The notes under the pieces were generated by a model that was given only the letters and a program-made list of their open reading frames with translations, ran no database searches and was not told the origin of the DNA. Shown here one piece after another: positions 7,423 to 16,914 of a DNA stretch of 32,000 nt (within the stretch, counting starts at the first letter, position 1; each line of letters starts with the position of its first letter). The position numbers and the translations under genes are program-made. The stretch is from NCBI RefSeq assembly GCF_019464535.1, contig NZ_CP080507.1, positions 270,001 through 302,000 on the forward strand. Direction: 5' to 3'. Source of the DNA: Horticoccus luteus. GTDB lineage: Bacteria; Verrucomicrobiota; Verrucomicrobiia; Opitutales; Opitutaceae.

Positions 7423-9795
7423 ATGCGACTTATTCCCCTGAACAGCGCGGAAGCGGTTTTCGAACCGTTCTTCGATGAGAATCTGAGTGAGATCAACGAA
7501 TGGAAAGTCGATGCGCCGGGTGCGCTCGGGTTGAGCCTCAAGCCGGGCTGGGCGTTTGTCACGTATCAGTGGGAGCAGGCGGCGGCGGACGGCCTCGTGC
7601 TGCGCATGCGGCGCGATTACGCGGCGTTCGATTGCGCGGACTACGATCGCCTCGTCGTGACGATCAACGCGCCGGAGGAAAGCGTGGTGACGATCGCGGC
7701 GGAAACCGACGCGGGGCCGCGGCGGATGACGGGCGAACCGGTCGGCGCGACGCGGCGCGAGGAAGAGCTGCCGCTCGAGGGGGCGACGCGCATCGACTCG
7801 CTCACGGTGGAAGTGCGCAATCCGCATCCGGGTGCGGGCTCCGGCTGGCTGTTGTGGTTCGGCCTGCAAAGCTCGACGCGGCTGCCGGCGCATCTGGCGC
7901 AGTGGACGGGTTACGACGAACGCTGGGAAAAGTATCTCCAGCCGGCGGAGTTTGAGCCGACGTTTACGCCGAGCTACGGACTGCTGATCGACGCGGAGGA
8001 ACTGGCGGCGGTGCGGGCGGGTTTTGCGCAGTCGCCGGTGACGCGCGAGTTGCGCGAAGGCGCGGAGACAGCGCGCGCGGTGCGGCCCGAAAGTCTCATC
8101 GGCGAGAACATGCCGTATTGGAGCACCAACATGCTGCGGCGGGCGCGCGACAGCCACAAACTGCTCTCGTTGCACGGACCGATCGCGGCGCAGGCGGGGC
8201 TGCTCTGGCGGGACAAGGCGCTCTGCCGGCTGGCGGCGCGGTTTGCGCTGAGCATCGCGCATTGCGGACATTGGGAGGACGTGTTCTTCGCGCACACGCC
8301 GGGTTGCACGTGGGAGCAGCGCGGGTTCATCGCCGCGGTGGCGACGTGGGATTGCGCGCTGATTTTGGATTTGTGCGGCGAGTGGTTCACGCCGTTGGGG
8401 CGCGAACTGGTGTTGCGCCGGATCGCGACGGAGGCGCACGGGCGAATGTGCCACGCGTCGTGGTGGTGGGAGTATATGTATCACGGCAACCAGCTCGCGT
8501 GGATATCGCCGGCGCGGCTTTACGGGCTGCTGGAACTCGAGCGGCACATGCCGGCGCGGCTGGGGCCTTATCCGCCGCCGGAACGCTCGCGCGTGGCGGC
8601 GCACACGGAGGCGGCGTGGGCGGATCTGCAGGACAACCTGGCGAAGGCGCTGCTGCCGGACGGCGGGTATCTGGAGGGCGTATCGTATTTCACTTACACG
8701 GCGCGGCAGGCGTTTTTATGCGCGACGCTGTATGGGCGGGCGCGCGGCGTGAATCCGCGCGATCTGATTCCGGCGGCGCTGCTGCGGACGGATCGGCTGG
8801 CGGAAATGCTGCTCTCGACCGATCGCGAGCAGGACATGCTGCTGACGGGCGACGCGATGTTTCCGATCAGCGAAGGGCTCGCGTTTCTCGCCTGGTTGAT
8901 GCCGCAATCGCATTGGGTGACGATTTACCGGCGGTCGCTGCAGCGCGCGGGGTCGGCGCCATTGCTGCTGCCGTTGCGGCTGGAGGCGGAGATCCCCGCG
9001 GAGGGGCCGCCGCTGCGGGCGTTTTGCGAGATGCCGGACACGGGCATGATGTGCTCGGTGCGGCGGCACGCCGGCGAACTGGTGAAGTTGTTTATCATGG
9101 GCAACAAGTCCGGCGGGGATCACCAGCACGAGGACAAGGGCAGTTTCGTGCTCGAATTTGCGGGGGAGAGTTTCGCGATGGATTTCGGCGTGCTCGACTA
9201 CGCGAACCCGGTGACCGATCTGCTGAAGCACGCGCAACGGCACACGATGCTCGCGCCGTGGAGCGACGACGAGCGGCCGCGGCCGGCGAATCCGATTTAT
9301 GCGGACATCAAGCCGCAGGGCACGGGCGACGCGGAGCGGTTTCACGCGAGCGCGGAGCTGGCGGCGGGCTGGGAAGGCTGGTTCAAACGCTGGCGGCGCA
9401 CGTGGGATTCGCCGCAGCCGACGCGTTTTGTCATCACCGACGAATGGGAGGTCGAGCGCGGGGAAGGCGTGATCTTCTACTGGACGACGCCGCTGCCGAT
9501 ACGGCGCGAGGGCGACTGCGTGATCATCGAAGGCGAGCGGGCGCGTGCGGTGGTGCGGGTGCCGGCGGGCGTCGACGCGGTAATCGAACTGCTGCCGTTG
9601 CAGGATCCGCGGCGCACGAGCGTCGAGACTGTTTACCACGGGGCGAGCAACCGCCGGCAGTCGACGATCGCGGTCGAGCCGGGGCACGGGAGTTTGTTTG
9701 GCTGGCGGCACGCGGCGACGCAGCCGCGGTTGAGTCTGCGGCAGCGCGGTCGGGCGGGGACGTTGCGCGTCGAAGTGGAGTTGGCGCTGAAGTGA
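7423..9795 (+). CDS. Heparinase II/III-like (alginate-lyase-fold) protein with an unassigned ~190-aa N-terminal domain
   Basis: 790 aa from ATG 7423 (MRLIPLNSAE...). The C-terminal region has the heparinase II/III-type motif GGDHQHEDKGSFVLEFAGESFAMDFG. The central region is helical and Trp-rich (alpha/alpha-toroid-like). There is no signal peptide. Confidence 0.6.
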   Translation: MRLIPLNSAEAVFEPFFDENLSEINEWKVDAPGALGLSLKPGWAFVTYQWEQAAADGLVLRMRRDYAAFDCADYDRLVVTINAPEESVVTIAAETDAGPRRMTGEPVGATRREEELPLEGATRIDSLTVEVRNPHPGAGSGWLLWFGLQSSTRLPAHLAQWTGYDERWEKYLQPAEFEPTFTPSYGLLIDAEELAAVRAGFAQSPVTRELREGAETARAVRPESLIGENMPYWSTNMLRRARDSHKLLSLHGPIAAQAGLLWRDKALCRLAARFALSIAHCGHWEDVFFAHTPGCTWEQRGFIAAVATWDCALILDLCGEWFTPLGRELVLRRIATEAHGRMCHASWWWEYMYHGNQLAWISPARLYGLLELERHMPARLGPYPPPERSRVAAHTEAAWADLQDNLAKALLPDGGYLEGVSYFTYTARQAFLCATLYGRARGVNPRDLIPAALLRTDRLAEMLLSTDREQDMLLTGDAMFPISEGLAFLAWLMPQSHWVTIYRRSLQRAGSAPLLLPLRLEAEIPAEGPPLRAFCEMPDTGMMCSVRRHAGELVKLFIMGNKSGGDHQHEDKGSFVLEFAGESFAMDFGVLDYANPVTDLLKHAQRHTMLAPWSDDERPRPANPIYADIKPQGTGDAERFHASAELAAGWEGWFKRWRRTWDSPQPTRFVITDEWEVERGEGVIFYWTTPLPIRREGDCVIIEGERARAVVRVPAGVDAVIELLPLQDPRRTSVETVYHGASNRRQSTIAVEPGHGSLFGWRHAATQPRLSLRQRGRAGTLRVEVELALK

Positions 9796-9915
9796 GCCTG
9801 ATCGAGCCCGATTGAGTCTCCCGCCGAACGGGTGGCGGATCGTCGATCGATAAAGTGCGGGGCGTTGGTCTGCGTTGCACAATATTCAAGGGGAGACCAA
9901 CTTTCCGCCTCTCCC

Positions 9916-10749
9916 ATGAAAACCCAACTGCAGATGCTGGGGGTGCTCGCGTTGCTGGGCGTCCTCGTTCTTCCGTGCCGGGGTCAAGTGGCGGCGCCTG
10001 CGTCGTTGCCGACTTGTTTGATTCAGTATGTGTCGAGCCAAACGCTGACCAACACCAGCAGTCGCCGTCTTACTCTATATAAAGCGGACAACACCTACGT
10101 GGAAATCAATGCCTATTCTTACGGTAATTCGATGTTCGCGGGTCCGTGGATATCCAGTGCGCTGCACCAAGGAACTTACACCTACACGGTCGATGCGTTG
10201 GATCCGACCCATGCGACGATCGCCTACGATGGGGGCGGGGCGAAAGATCAGTTGTATTTCGTCATCCCGACTTCCGGCAGGCAAACAACGCCGGTCACCA
10301 CACCGGGAGATGATCGGGAGTTTACGCTTTATCCTGAGCAGAACACAGCCGGCGGCGCCAATGTCTCGAATCGCTGTGAATTGGCGGCAGGCGGGACGGC
10401 GATCACGGGTTTCGTGGTGCAAGGGGATGGCCCTCGCTGGGTGCTTTTGCGCGCCGCGGGGAGCACGCTCGCGCATCTCGGTGTGACGTCGGCCACGGTC
10501 GCGGGTCCGAGTTTTACGCTATACAATTCGCAACAAGCCGTGGCCGGCGTTTCCGCGGTGTGGAGCGCCGATCCCAATCTCGTGGCCGGCTACGAAACGA
10601 TATTTGCGTTGGTGGGAGCCTTCCCTTTCAGCAGCGGATCGGATGAGGGCGTGTTGCTGGTGGCGCTGGATCCCGGCGTTTATACCGCGGTGTTCAAAGG
10701 GCAGAGTGCGGGGCAGATCCTCTGCGAAGCGTATATTTTGCCGTTTTGA
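9916..10749 (+). CDS. Small secreted protein carrying one copy of the shared C-terminal module
   Basis: ATG at 9916 is preceded by aaggggaga. MKTQLQMLGVLALLGVLVLPCRGQ looks like a signal peptide. The C-terminal 130 aa (NVSNRCELAAGGTAITGFVVQG...LLRAAGS...GAFPFSSGSDEG...PGVYTAVF...CEAYILPF) parallel the two terminal modules of the 961-aa protein. Confidence 0.8.
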   Translation: MKTQLQMLGVLALLGVLVLPCRGQVAAPASLPTCLIQYVSSQTLTNTSSRRLTLYKADNTYVEINAYSYGNSMFAGPWISSALHQGTYTYTVDALDPTHATIAYDGGGAKDQLYFVIPTSGRQTTPVTTPGDDREFTLYPEQNTAGGANVSNRCELAAGGTAITGFVVQGDGPRWVLLRAAGSTLAHLGVTSATVAGPSFTLYNSQQAVAGVSAVWSADPNLVAGYETIFALVGAFPFSSGSDEGVLLVALDPGVYTAVFKGQSAGQILCEAYILPF

Positions 10750-10796
10750 GCAGAGCGGAGCGCGGGACGGGGAAGGGGAATTGACACCGGCGCGAC

Positions 10797-12242
10797 TCAG
10801 CGCGCCAAGGCGGGGCCGGGCACGTAGGGCAACTGGGCGATCGAGGTGACGGCGAGGTTGTCCGTGGAGCCCTGCCAGAGCGCGATGTGGTCGTCGGCTT
10901 TGAGAAAGACGGGGCGGCCGGGCATCGCGTAATCGGCGGGGGCGTGCCAGCCGCCGTCCACCCAGTCGGGGAGGTTGGGGCCGAAGCGCACGCGGTCTTT
11001 GCGGCCGACGAGGTCGAAGACGTTTTGCCAGAGGTAATCGCCGATCGCCCAGTGCGGGCCGCGTTCGAGCCAGAGACATTGATCGCCGAGGAGCACGGCG
11101 ATGCGGTCGTCGGGCGTGAAAAAGCGGTCCCAGAAATCCGCGGCGACGCCGTGGCGGTGGACGAGGTGGCGGAAGTCGTGGCTTTGCCAGCCGGTGCTCG
11201 GCGCGACGTCCACTTCGCTTTGCCAATCGGTGCTGGAAACGAGAAAGCCGCGCGGGTGTTGATAGCCGGCGTAGGTGCGATCGCAGGCGGTGAGAAACGC
11301 TTCGAGCTCGGCGTCGGGGTGGAGGCGCACGTAGCGCTGGATGCCTTCGAGCGAATCGCCCATGCCGGCGATGAGCATCGGGCCGCGGTTGAGCTGCCAG
11401 CGGCCGTTGACTTTATACCACATGCGATGGCAGCGGGTGAAGCCGCGGGCATCGAGCCAATGTGAGCGGGCGACGTGCCGGCAGAGGCGGCCGGCTTCCT
11501 CGATGTAGCGTTCCTCGCCGTAGATTTCGGCGGCGAGGAGGAGCGGGCAAATCATGAGCCCGTAATACTCGGAGGGTTCGAGGAGATCGGGCAGGCCGAG
11601 CACGCGCAAGGTGCCGGCGCTGTCGGCATCGGGCATGCCGCGGAGATGAAACCGCGCGAGCATGAACTCAATGTCTTCGCGGGTGGAATCATACCAGCGG
11701 CGGTCGTCGAACGCGCGGAAGAAAAGGAGTTTTCCCCAGATGCGCGCGTAGTCCTGGTTGGCCACGCTGGTTTCGTCGGGCCGGCCGTGGCGACCGTAAG
11801 GGAGGCAACCGGTCTCCATGTTGCGGAGAATGGCGGCGCGGATCGCGTCGAGGCGGGCGGGCGGCAGCCAGTCGCGCGCGTGGAGGGCGGTGAGGCCGAG
11901 CGAGAGATTGGGGACGGCGTTATGAATGAGGCCCTTTTTGCAGATCTCGCCGGCGTTGAAACCGATGTGGTCGTATTGGCCGTCGGGGAGAAACGACGAG
12001 GTTTGGAAATCCACGAGGCGGCCGATGAGCTCGCGGGCGCGGGGATCGGGGCGTTGCGCGTGCGCCTCGGCGAGGCCGGCGATAAAGGGCGAGGCCCACG
12101 TCGTGTGGCCGGCGGTGAAGTCGGCCCAGCGGTAGGGATTGCAACCCCAGACGGGGTGATTGTGAAAACCGTGGATGGCGCCAGACGGTTGCACCCAGGA
12201 GTGCAGCCAGTTGCCGAGCGCGGCGAGGTCGGGTTGGGGCAT
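10797..12242 (-). CDS. Hypothetical cytoplasmic protein (481 aa), function unknown
   Basis: A long ORF with normal amino-acid composition and G/C-rich third positions. I chose the start at ATG 12242 (MPQPDLAALGNW...). It is Trp/His-rich with no signal peptide and no motif I can name. Confidence 0.7.
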   Translation of the reverse strand: MPQPDLAALGNWLHSWVQPSGAIHGFHNHPVWGCNPYRWADFTAGHTTWASPFIAGLAEAHAQRPDPRARELIGRLVDFQTSSFLPDGQYDHIGFNAGEICKKGLIHNAVPNLSLGLTALHARDWLPPARLDAIRAAILRNMETGCLPYGRHGRPDETSVANQDYARIWGKLLFFRAFDDRRWYDSTREDIEFMLARFHLRGMPDADSAGTLRVLGLPDLLEPSEYYGLMICPLLLAAEIYGEERYIEEAGRLCRHVARSHWLDARGFTRCHRMWYKVNGRWQLNRGPMLIAGMGDSLEGIQRYVRLHPDAELEAFLTACDRTYAGYQHPRGFLVSSTDWQSEVDVAPSTGWQSHDFRHLVHRHGVAADFWDRFFTPDDRIAVLLGDQCLWLERGPHWAIGDYLWQNVFDLVGRKDRVRFGPNLPDWVDGGWHAPADYAMPGRPVFLKADDHIALWQGSTDNLAVTSIAQLPYVPGPALAR

Positions 12243-12375
12243 GGGAAAGAGAGGAGAGCCCGCTGCTATTGCAGCGAACGCGCGGCGCGTCACCCGAAAA
12301 ACGGCGACGTGTGGCGCGCGAGGGGCACGGCGGAAAAATTTGCGTTGGCGCGGGGGTTGTTTGTGTTGGGAGCTC

Positions 12376-13386
12376 GTGACGGTCACCGATGATGCCTCCT
12401 CCGCGCCCGCCGTCGAAGTGCGCGGACTCGTGAAACGCTACGATAAAGTCGAGGCGCTGCGGGGCATCGATCTCACGGTGCAACGCGGGGAACGGTTCGC
12501 GCTGCTCGGGCCGAACGGGGCGGGCAAGACGACGTTGTTTTCGATACTGGCGACGTTGCGGGCGCCGACGGAGGGAGGGGCGCGCGTGCTGGGGCTCGAT
12601 GTGGTGGCAGAGCGCGATGCGGTGCGGCGGGCGATGGGCATCGTGTTTCAGGAGCCGGCGATCGAGCAGCGGTTGTCGGGGCGCGATAATCTGCTGTTGA
12701 TGGGATTGTTTTACGGACTCGGGTCGGCGGCGGCGAAGAAGCGCGCGGCGGACATTCTCGGAGAGCTGGGGCTGGCGGAGGCGGCGGACCGGCCGGCGAA
12801 AAATCTTTCGGGCGGGCAGCGGCGGAAACTGGAACTGGCGCGGGCGTTGGTGACGGATCCGAAGATCCTGTTTCTCGACGAGGCGACGCTGGGGCTCGAC
12901 GTGGATGCGCGGCGGGGGTTTTGGGCGCAGGTGAGCGCGCTGGCGGCGGCGGGGCGCACGGTGTTTTTCACGACGCACTACATGGAGGAGGCGGAAGTGG
13001 CGGACAGGATCGCGTTGATCGACGCGGGGCGGATCGTGGCGCTGGATACGCCGCGGGCATTGAAGGCGCGCATTGGCGGCGGGGTGATCCGGCTGAAGAC
13101 GGATGACGATGGCCGGGCGCGCGCGTGGATGACAGAACAAGGACTCACGCCGGAGCCGGGCGGCGACGAGCTCATGCTCGTGCACGCGGATCCGGCAGGG
13201 ACGCTGCCCGATCTGCTGCGGCATCTGCCGGTGAAGGTGTTGCGCGTGGAAATCCACGAGCCGAGTTTGGAGGATGTGTTTTTGAAGCTGACCGGCCGCG
13301 GCTTCGGTGCAGCGCCGCGTGCGGCGGAACGGGCTGGCGGGAAAGTGGCGGGACGGCGCGAAGTGAACGGAGGGGCGAGCGCATGA
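12376..13386 (+). CDS. ABC transporter ATP-binding protein (ABC-2/DrrA-like exporter ATPase)
   Basis: Walker A GPNGAGKTT, signature LSGGQRRKLELARAL and Walker B ILFLDEATLGLD are present. The probable start is GTG 12376 (TTG 12361 is also possible). The ATG at 12175 would overlap the divergent gene. The stop overlaps the permease start (ATGA). Confidence 0.88.
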   Translation: MTVTDDASSAPAVEVRGLVKRYDKVEALRGIDLTVQRGERFALLGPNGAGKTTLFSILATLRAPTEGGARVLGLDVVAERDAVRRAMGIVFQEPAIEQRLSGRDNLLLMGLFYGLGSAAAKKRAADILGELGLAEAADRPAKNLSGGQRRKLELARALVTDPKILFLDEATLGLDVDARRGFWAQVSALAAAGRTVFFTTHYMEEAEVADRIALIDAGRIVALDTPRALKARIGGGVIRLKTDDDGRARAWMTEQGLTPEPGGDELMLVHADPAGTLPDLLRHLPVKVLRVEIHEPSLEDVFLKLTGRGFGAAPRAAERAGGKVAGRREVNGGASA

Positions 13387-14162
13387 TGCGGGGCATTTAC
13401 GCGGTGGTCGTCCTCGACCTGAAGCGCTTCTGGCTCGACAAGACGCGGCTCGTAACGGGGCTGCTGCAGCCGTTGCTCTACTTGTTCGTGCTGGGCGCGG
13501 GGTTGGGGTCCAGCTCGCAACTCGGCGCCAAATATCAGGGTTTCATTTTTCCGGGCGTGCTGGGGCTTTCGATGCTGTTCACGGCGACGTTTGCGGCGAT
13601 CTCGATCGTGTTCGACCGGCAGATCGGGTTTTTCAAAGCGGTGTTGGTGGCGCCGGTGCCACGGCCGGCGATCGCGTTGGGCAAGATCGTGGCGGGCGGG
13701 ATTCAGGCGGCGGTGCAGGGGCTGATCGTGCTGCCGTTTGCGCCGCTGGCGGGCGCGCCGTTGGGCGTGTGGTCGGTCGTGGAACTGCTCGGCGCAATGG
13801 CGCTGGCGTCGCTGACGTTCTCCGCGATCGGGGTGGCGTTCGCGTCGCGGTTCACGTCGGTGACGGTGTTTCCGATCGTGAGCAACGCGGTGTTGCTGCC
13901 GATGTTCTTTTTGTCGGGCGCGCTCTATCCGCTGACGTCGGCGCCGACGTGGATGCAGGTCGCGGCGCATGCGGATCCGGTGGCGTATGCGGTGGACCTG
14001 ATGCGCGGGGCGCTGCTGGGCGAGTTTTTCTTTTCGCCGTGGCTGTCGGTCGCGGTGCTCGCGGGCGTGATTGCGGCGCTGACGGGCTCGGCGGTGAAGG
14101 TGTTCAACCGCGGCGAGGACGATTCGAGCCTCGGGGCGTCGCGCTTCAACTGGAAGCGTTGA
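13383..14162 (+). CDS. ABC-2 type transporter permease
   Basis: 259 aa from ATG 13383 (MMRGIYAVVVLDLKRFWLDKTRL...). It has about 6 hydrophobic spans and is translationally coupled to the ATPase. Confidence 0.85.
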   Translation: MMRGIYAVVVLDLKRFWLDKTRLVTGLLQPLLYLFVLGAGLGSSSQLGAKYQGFIFPGVLGLSMLFTATFAAISIVFDRQIGFFKAVLVAPVPRPAIALGKIVAGGIQAAVQGLIVLPFAPLAGAPLGVWSVVELLGAMALASLTFSAIGVAFASRFTSVTVFPIVSNAVLLPMFFLSGALYPLTSAPTWMQVAAHADPVAYAVDLMRGALLGEFFFSPWLSVAVLAGVIAALTGSAVKVFNRGEDDSSLGASRFNWKR

Positions 14163-14171
14163 CGCGGGCGC

Positions 14172-16157
14172 TCAGTAGCGCAGGGCGATCTTGGCGTAAA
14201 CGGTGCGCTGCAGCTCAACCCGCATTGGATCGGTGATGCCGAACTCGGGATGCTGGTCGTGCAGGAGATTCCGCCCGACAAGCGACAACTCGCAACTGGG
14301 CGTGAAGGCCCACGCGAGCCGCAGGTCGAGTTCCGTGTAAGCGGGGACGGTATCGGGGCGCGGGCCGTTGTGGCTTTGCAGCGTGTCGACCCAGCGGAGC
14401 TGGCCGTCGAGCGTGAGGGCGTGGGGCAAATCCATGGACGAACGCAGCGAAGCCTGATGGGCGGGGTCGGAGGTCTCGTTGCGGGCGACGTTGAAATCGA
14501 AGCCGCCATCGCTCACGCGGAGATGCTCCCGCAATAAATTATACCCGGCGGTGAGGCGCCACCACGACGCCGCCTGGCCGGTGGCGGTCAACTCGAGGCC
14601 GTAGGTGTGGCCTTCCAAATCGTTGGCGAAGTAGAGTGGGAGGAACGTGGACGCGGTGACATTGGCGCTCCGAATATCATCGTAGCGATTATAGAAGAGG
14701 GCGAGGGATGCGAAGATGCGTTCGTTAAATTGGGTGCGGTAACCGGCTTCGTAGGCGACCAGGTTCTCGGATTGAAAATTGTCGCTGCCCCGCAGCACGC
14801 TGCCGGAGGCGGGTTGCCGAAGGTCGCGGTCGATGCGGGAGGGGGTGCGCACGCTGCGCGAAACGGCGGCCCAGAGGAGGTTGTCGGGGGCGGGTTTCCA
14901 CTGGAAGCGGAGCGTGGGCTCGAGTTCGAAGCCGGAATAGTCGGTGTGCTCGACCTTGGTGCCGACGGTGACGGAGACGCGCGGGGAGAGCGCGATTTCG
15001 TCCTGCGCGAACGCGCTGAAGAGATCCTGAATGAGGTTGGCGGGCGCGAAGGCGAGTCCGGGGGCCGCAATGCTCGCGTCTTGCATATGGCGGTAGCCGA
15101 GGCCCCAGACGATGTGATGAGTTTCCGCCAGCTTGAAGTCGTGCTGAAAATCGAGGTCGGAGGTATCGAGATCGTCGGAGAAAAAGCCCGTCGGCGCGAA
15201 CGGGCTGAAGACCGGCTGGCGGAAATGCGTGTGATCGAAATAGGCCTGGAGCTGCATCGTGGAGCCGTTGCTCAAGGTGCGGGACCAGCGACCGAGGACG
15301 TTTCCGCCGTTTATTTCAGAGGCGCGACCGGTGACGAAGCCCTCCGTCCCGGTGTAGAGATCGCCTTGGAACGTCACGTGCGCATCGTTGCCGGGATCGG
15401 CGTCGATGCGAAAGCCGGCCTGCGTGTGCTCCCACCCATCGGGCACCGTGGTGCCGTTGGCGAAAATGTCGCCTTCGCGATCGGTGTATTTGGCGTAGAC
15501 GCGATAGGACGTGGTGGGCGACCACGTGCCGCCGTAGCGCACGGCGGCGCCTTGTCCGAAGCGCCAGCCGGTGAGGGCCTCAAGGTAGAGGCCTTGGGTT
15601 TCGGCGGCGGATTTGGTGGTGATGTTGATGACGCCATTGACGGCGTTGGAGCCCCACAGCGTGCCGCCCGGGCCGCTGACGACCTCGATGCGATCGACGT
15701 CTTCGAGCAACGTGTCCTGGGCATCCCACCGGACGCCGGCGAAGAGCGGCGTGTAAACGGCGCGCCCGTCGATGAGCACGAGCAGCTTGTTGGACAAATC
15801 GGTATTGAAGCCGCGGGCGCTGATGCCCCAGTCGTGCGCGTTTTTCTGCGCCACGTTGAGGTTGGAGGCGAGCCGCAGCGCCTCGGGAATTGTGGTGGCC
15901 GCCGAGTGGCGGATTTCGTCGCCGGTGAGGACTTGGACGGCGGAAGAGGCTTCGGTGAGTTTCTCGGGATAGCGCGAGACGGACGTGACCTCGACATCCA
16001 TCAACTGCTCAAGCGTCAGCGACTTGAGCGTGCGCACGTTGAGGTTGGCGATGAGCTGGGGGACTTCGGCGGAGGCGTGAGGCGAAAGCCCGAGCCACAC
16101 GCCACCGGCGAGCAATGCGAGGAAGCATTGGCGCAAGGCGGAGGGAGACGCGCGCAT
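14172..16157 (-). CDS. TonB-dependent outer-membrane receptor (661 aa), substrate unknown
   Basis: It has a signal peptide (...GLSPHASAEV) and a plug region (EVTSVSRYPEKLTEASSAVQVLTGDEIRHSAATTIPEALR...GISARGFN). The beta-barrel body ends in the aromatic terminus ...YAKIALRY. Confidence 0.9.
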   Translation of the reverse strand: MRASPSALRQCFLALLAGGVWLGLSPHASAEVPQLIANLNVRTLKSLTLEQLMDVEVTSVSRYPEKLTEASSAVQVLTGDEIRHSAATTIPEALRLASNLNVAQKNAHDWGISARGFNTDLSNKLLVLIDGRAVYTPLFAGVRWDAQDTLLEDVDRIEVVSGPGGTLWGSNAVNGVINITTKSAAETQGLYLEALTGWRFGQGAAVRYGGTWSPTTSYRVYAKYTDREGDIFANGTTVPDGWEHTQAGFRIDADPGNDAHVTFQGDLYTGTEGFVTGRASEINGGNVLGRWSRTLSNGSTMQLQAYFDHTHFRQPVFSPFAPTGFFSDDLDTSDLDFQHDFKLAETHHIVWGLGYRHMQDASIAAPGLAFAPANLIQDLFSAFAQDEIALSPRVSVTVGTKVEHTDYSGFELEPTLRFQWKPAPDNLLWAAVSRSVRTPSRIDRDLRQPASGSVLRGSDNFQSENLVAYEAGYRTQFNERIFASLALFYNRYDDIRSANVTASTFLPLYFANDLEGHTYGLELTATGQAASWWRLTAGYNLLREHLRVSDGGFDFNVARNETSDPAHQASLRSSMDLPHALTLDGQLRWVDTLQSHNGPRPDTVPAYTELDLRLAWAFTPSCELSLVGRNLLHDQHPEFGITDPMRVELQRTVYAKIALRY

Positions 16158-16179
16158 AGTAATTAGAGGAAGTGGAGAG

Positions 16180-16206
16180 GGCCGAATGGGGTCAACTCAT
16201 TCGGCC
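16180..16206 (-). promoter_or_regulatory. Perfect 9-bp stem / 9-nt loop hairpin in the 5' leader of the 661-aa TonB-dependent receptor
   Basis: ggccgaatg-gggtcaact-cattcggcc lies 22 nt upstream of the receptor start codon (16157). Its role is unknown. Confidence 0.4.
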
Positions 16207-16394
16207 GGTTGCTGGGACAATCTCGTAGAGGATAGGAACGAGCCGAGGGGGCCAGTTAATAACTCTCCCGCGCTTTCCGGTCGCACGCATGGGGAAACCC
16301 CCTATGCCGGCGCGCGGTGGCGGGACATTGCAACGAGGGGTTGACACTCCGGGTGTCGTCGGGCACTTCCGTCACCTCTTAACCACTTGGATTC

Positions 16395-16532
16395 ATGAAA
16401 CCCACCTTCCGTCCGCACCGCAAGAAACGCGCCCGCAAGATCGGCTATCGCGCCCGCATGGCGACCAAATCTGGTCGTAAAGTCATCAAGGCCCGCCGCT
16501 TAAAAGGCCGCAAGCGCCTGACGGTTGTCTGA
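16395..16532 (+). CDS. rpmH: 50S ribosomal protein L34
   Basis: Not in the ORF track (45 aa). I translated it by hand as [45 protein letters not shown]. It is followed by rnpA-yidD-yidC as in the canonical cluster. Confidence 0.93.
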   Translation: MKPTFRPHRKKRARKIGYRARMATKSGRKVIKARRLKGRKRLTVV

Positions 16533-16560
16533 GTTTCGCGTCCGCCCGGAGCCGCGCGTC

Positions 16561-16914
16561 ATGCGCTTTCGCCCTGAGCAGCACTTGCGGCGCCAGAGCG
16601 ATTTTCGCGCGGTGCGCGAGCAGGGCCGACGATTCGACGGCGGTGCTTTCACCGTATGGTGGCGCCGACGTGAGACGGATGAGACGGGGCCTGCGCGCAT
16701 CGGATTCGTGGCCTCCCGCGCCGCGGTGGGCAACGCCGTGCAACGCGCCCGCGCGAAGCGGCGGTTGCGCGAGATGGCGCGGCGGCATCAGTCGCTGGTG
16801 CCGGCGGGATACGACCTCATGATCATCGCCCGCCGGAGCGCGACTACGGTGCCGTGGAATGAGATGGAACAACGATTCGCGGCCGCGTGCCGCAAAACCT
16901 TTCCGCATGCCTGA
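16561..16914 (+). CDS. rnpA: Ribonuclease P protein component
   Basis: [25 protein letters not shown]...[16 protein letters not shown]. It is basic, about 117 aa, and sits immediately after rpmH. Confidence 0.88.
   Translation: MRFRPEQHLRRQSDFRAVREQGRRFDGGAFTVWWRRRETDETGPARIGFVASRAAVGNAVQRARAKRRLREMARRHQSLVPAGYDLMIIARRSATTVPWNEMEQRFAAACRKTFPHA

Noticed and set aside
6023-9882. A series of long alternative-frame and antisense ORFs (6023-7237 +, 7417-8604 -, 8118-9815 +, 8716-9882 -).
   Set aside because: They overlap the desaturase and heparinase-like genes. They are Arg/Gly/Ala-dominated and have no recognisable domains.
11475-16166. Antisense ORFs 11475-12392 +, 11920-13257 -, 12978-13970 - and 14607-16166 +.
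   Set aside because: Each one mirrors a motif-supported gene (the 481-aa protein, the ABC ATPase and permease, the TonB receptor) and shows low-complexity R/G/A/P/H composition.
16284-16310. The motif gcac(n)ggggaaacccc is shared between 16284-16301 and 31953-31966.
   Set aside because: Only about 11-14 nt are shared, in a GC-rich genome. This is too short to distinguish from chance without genome-wide counts.
16158-16394. A cobalamin riboswitch in the receptor leader, or oriC next to rpmH.
   Set aside because: No B12-box-like sequence is visible on the minus strand. There is only one weak DnaA-box-like 9-mer, and no AT-rich unwinding element.
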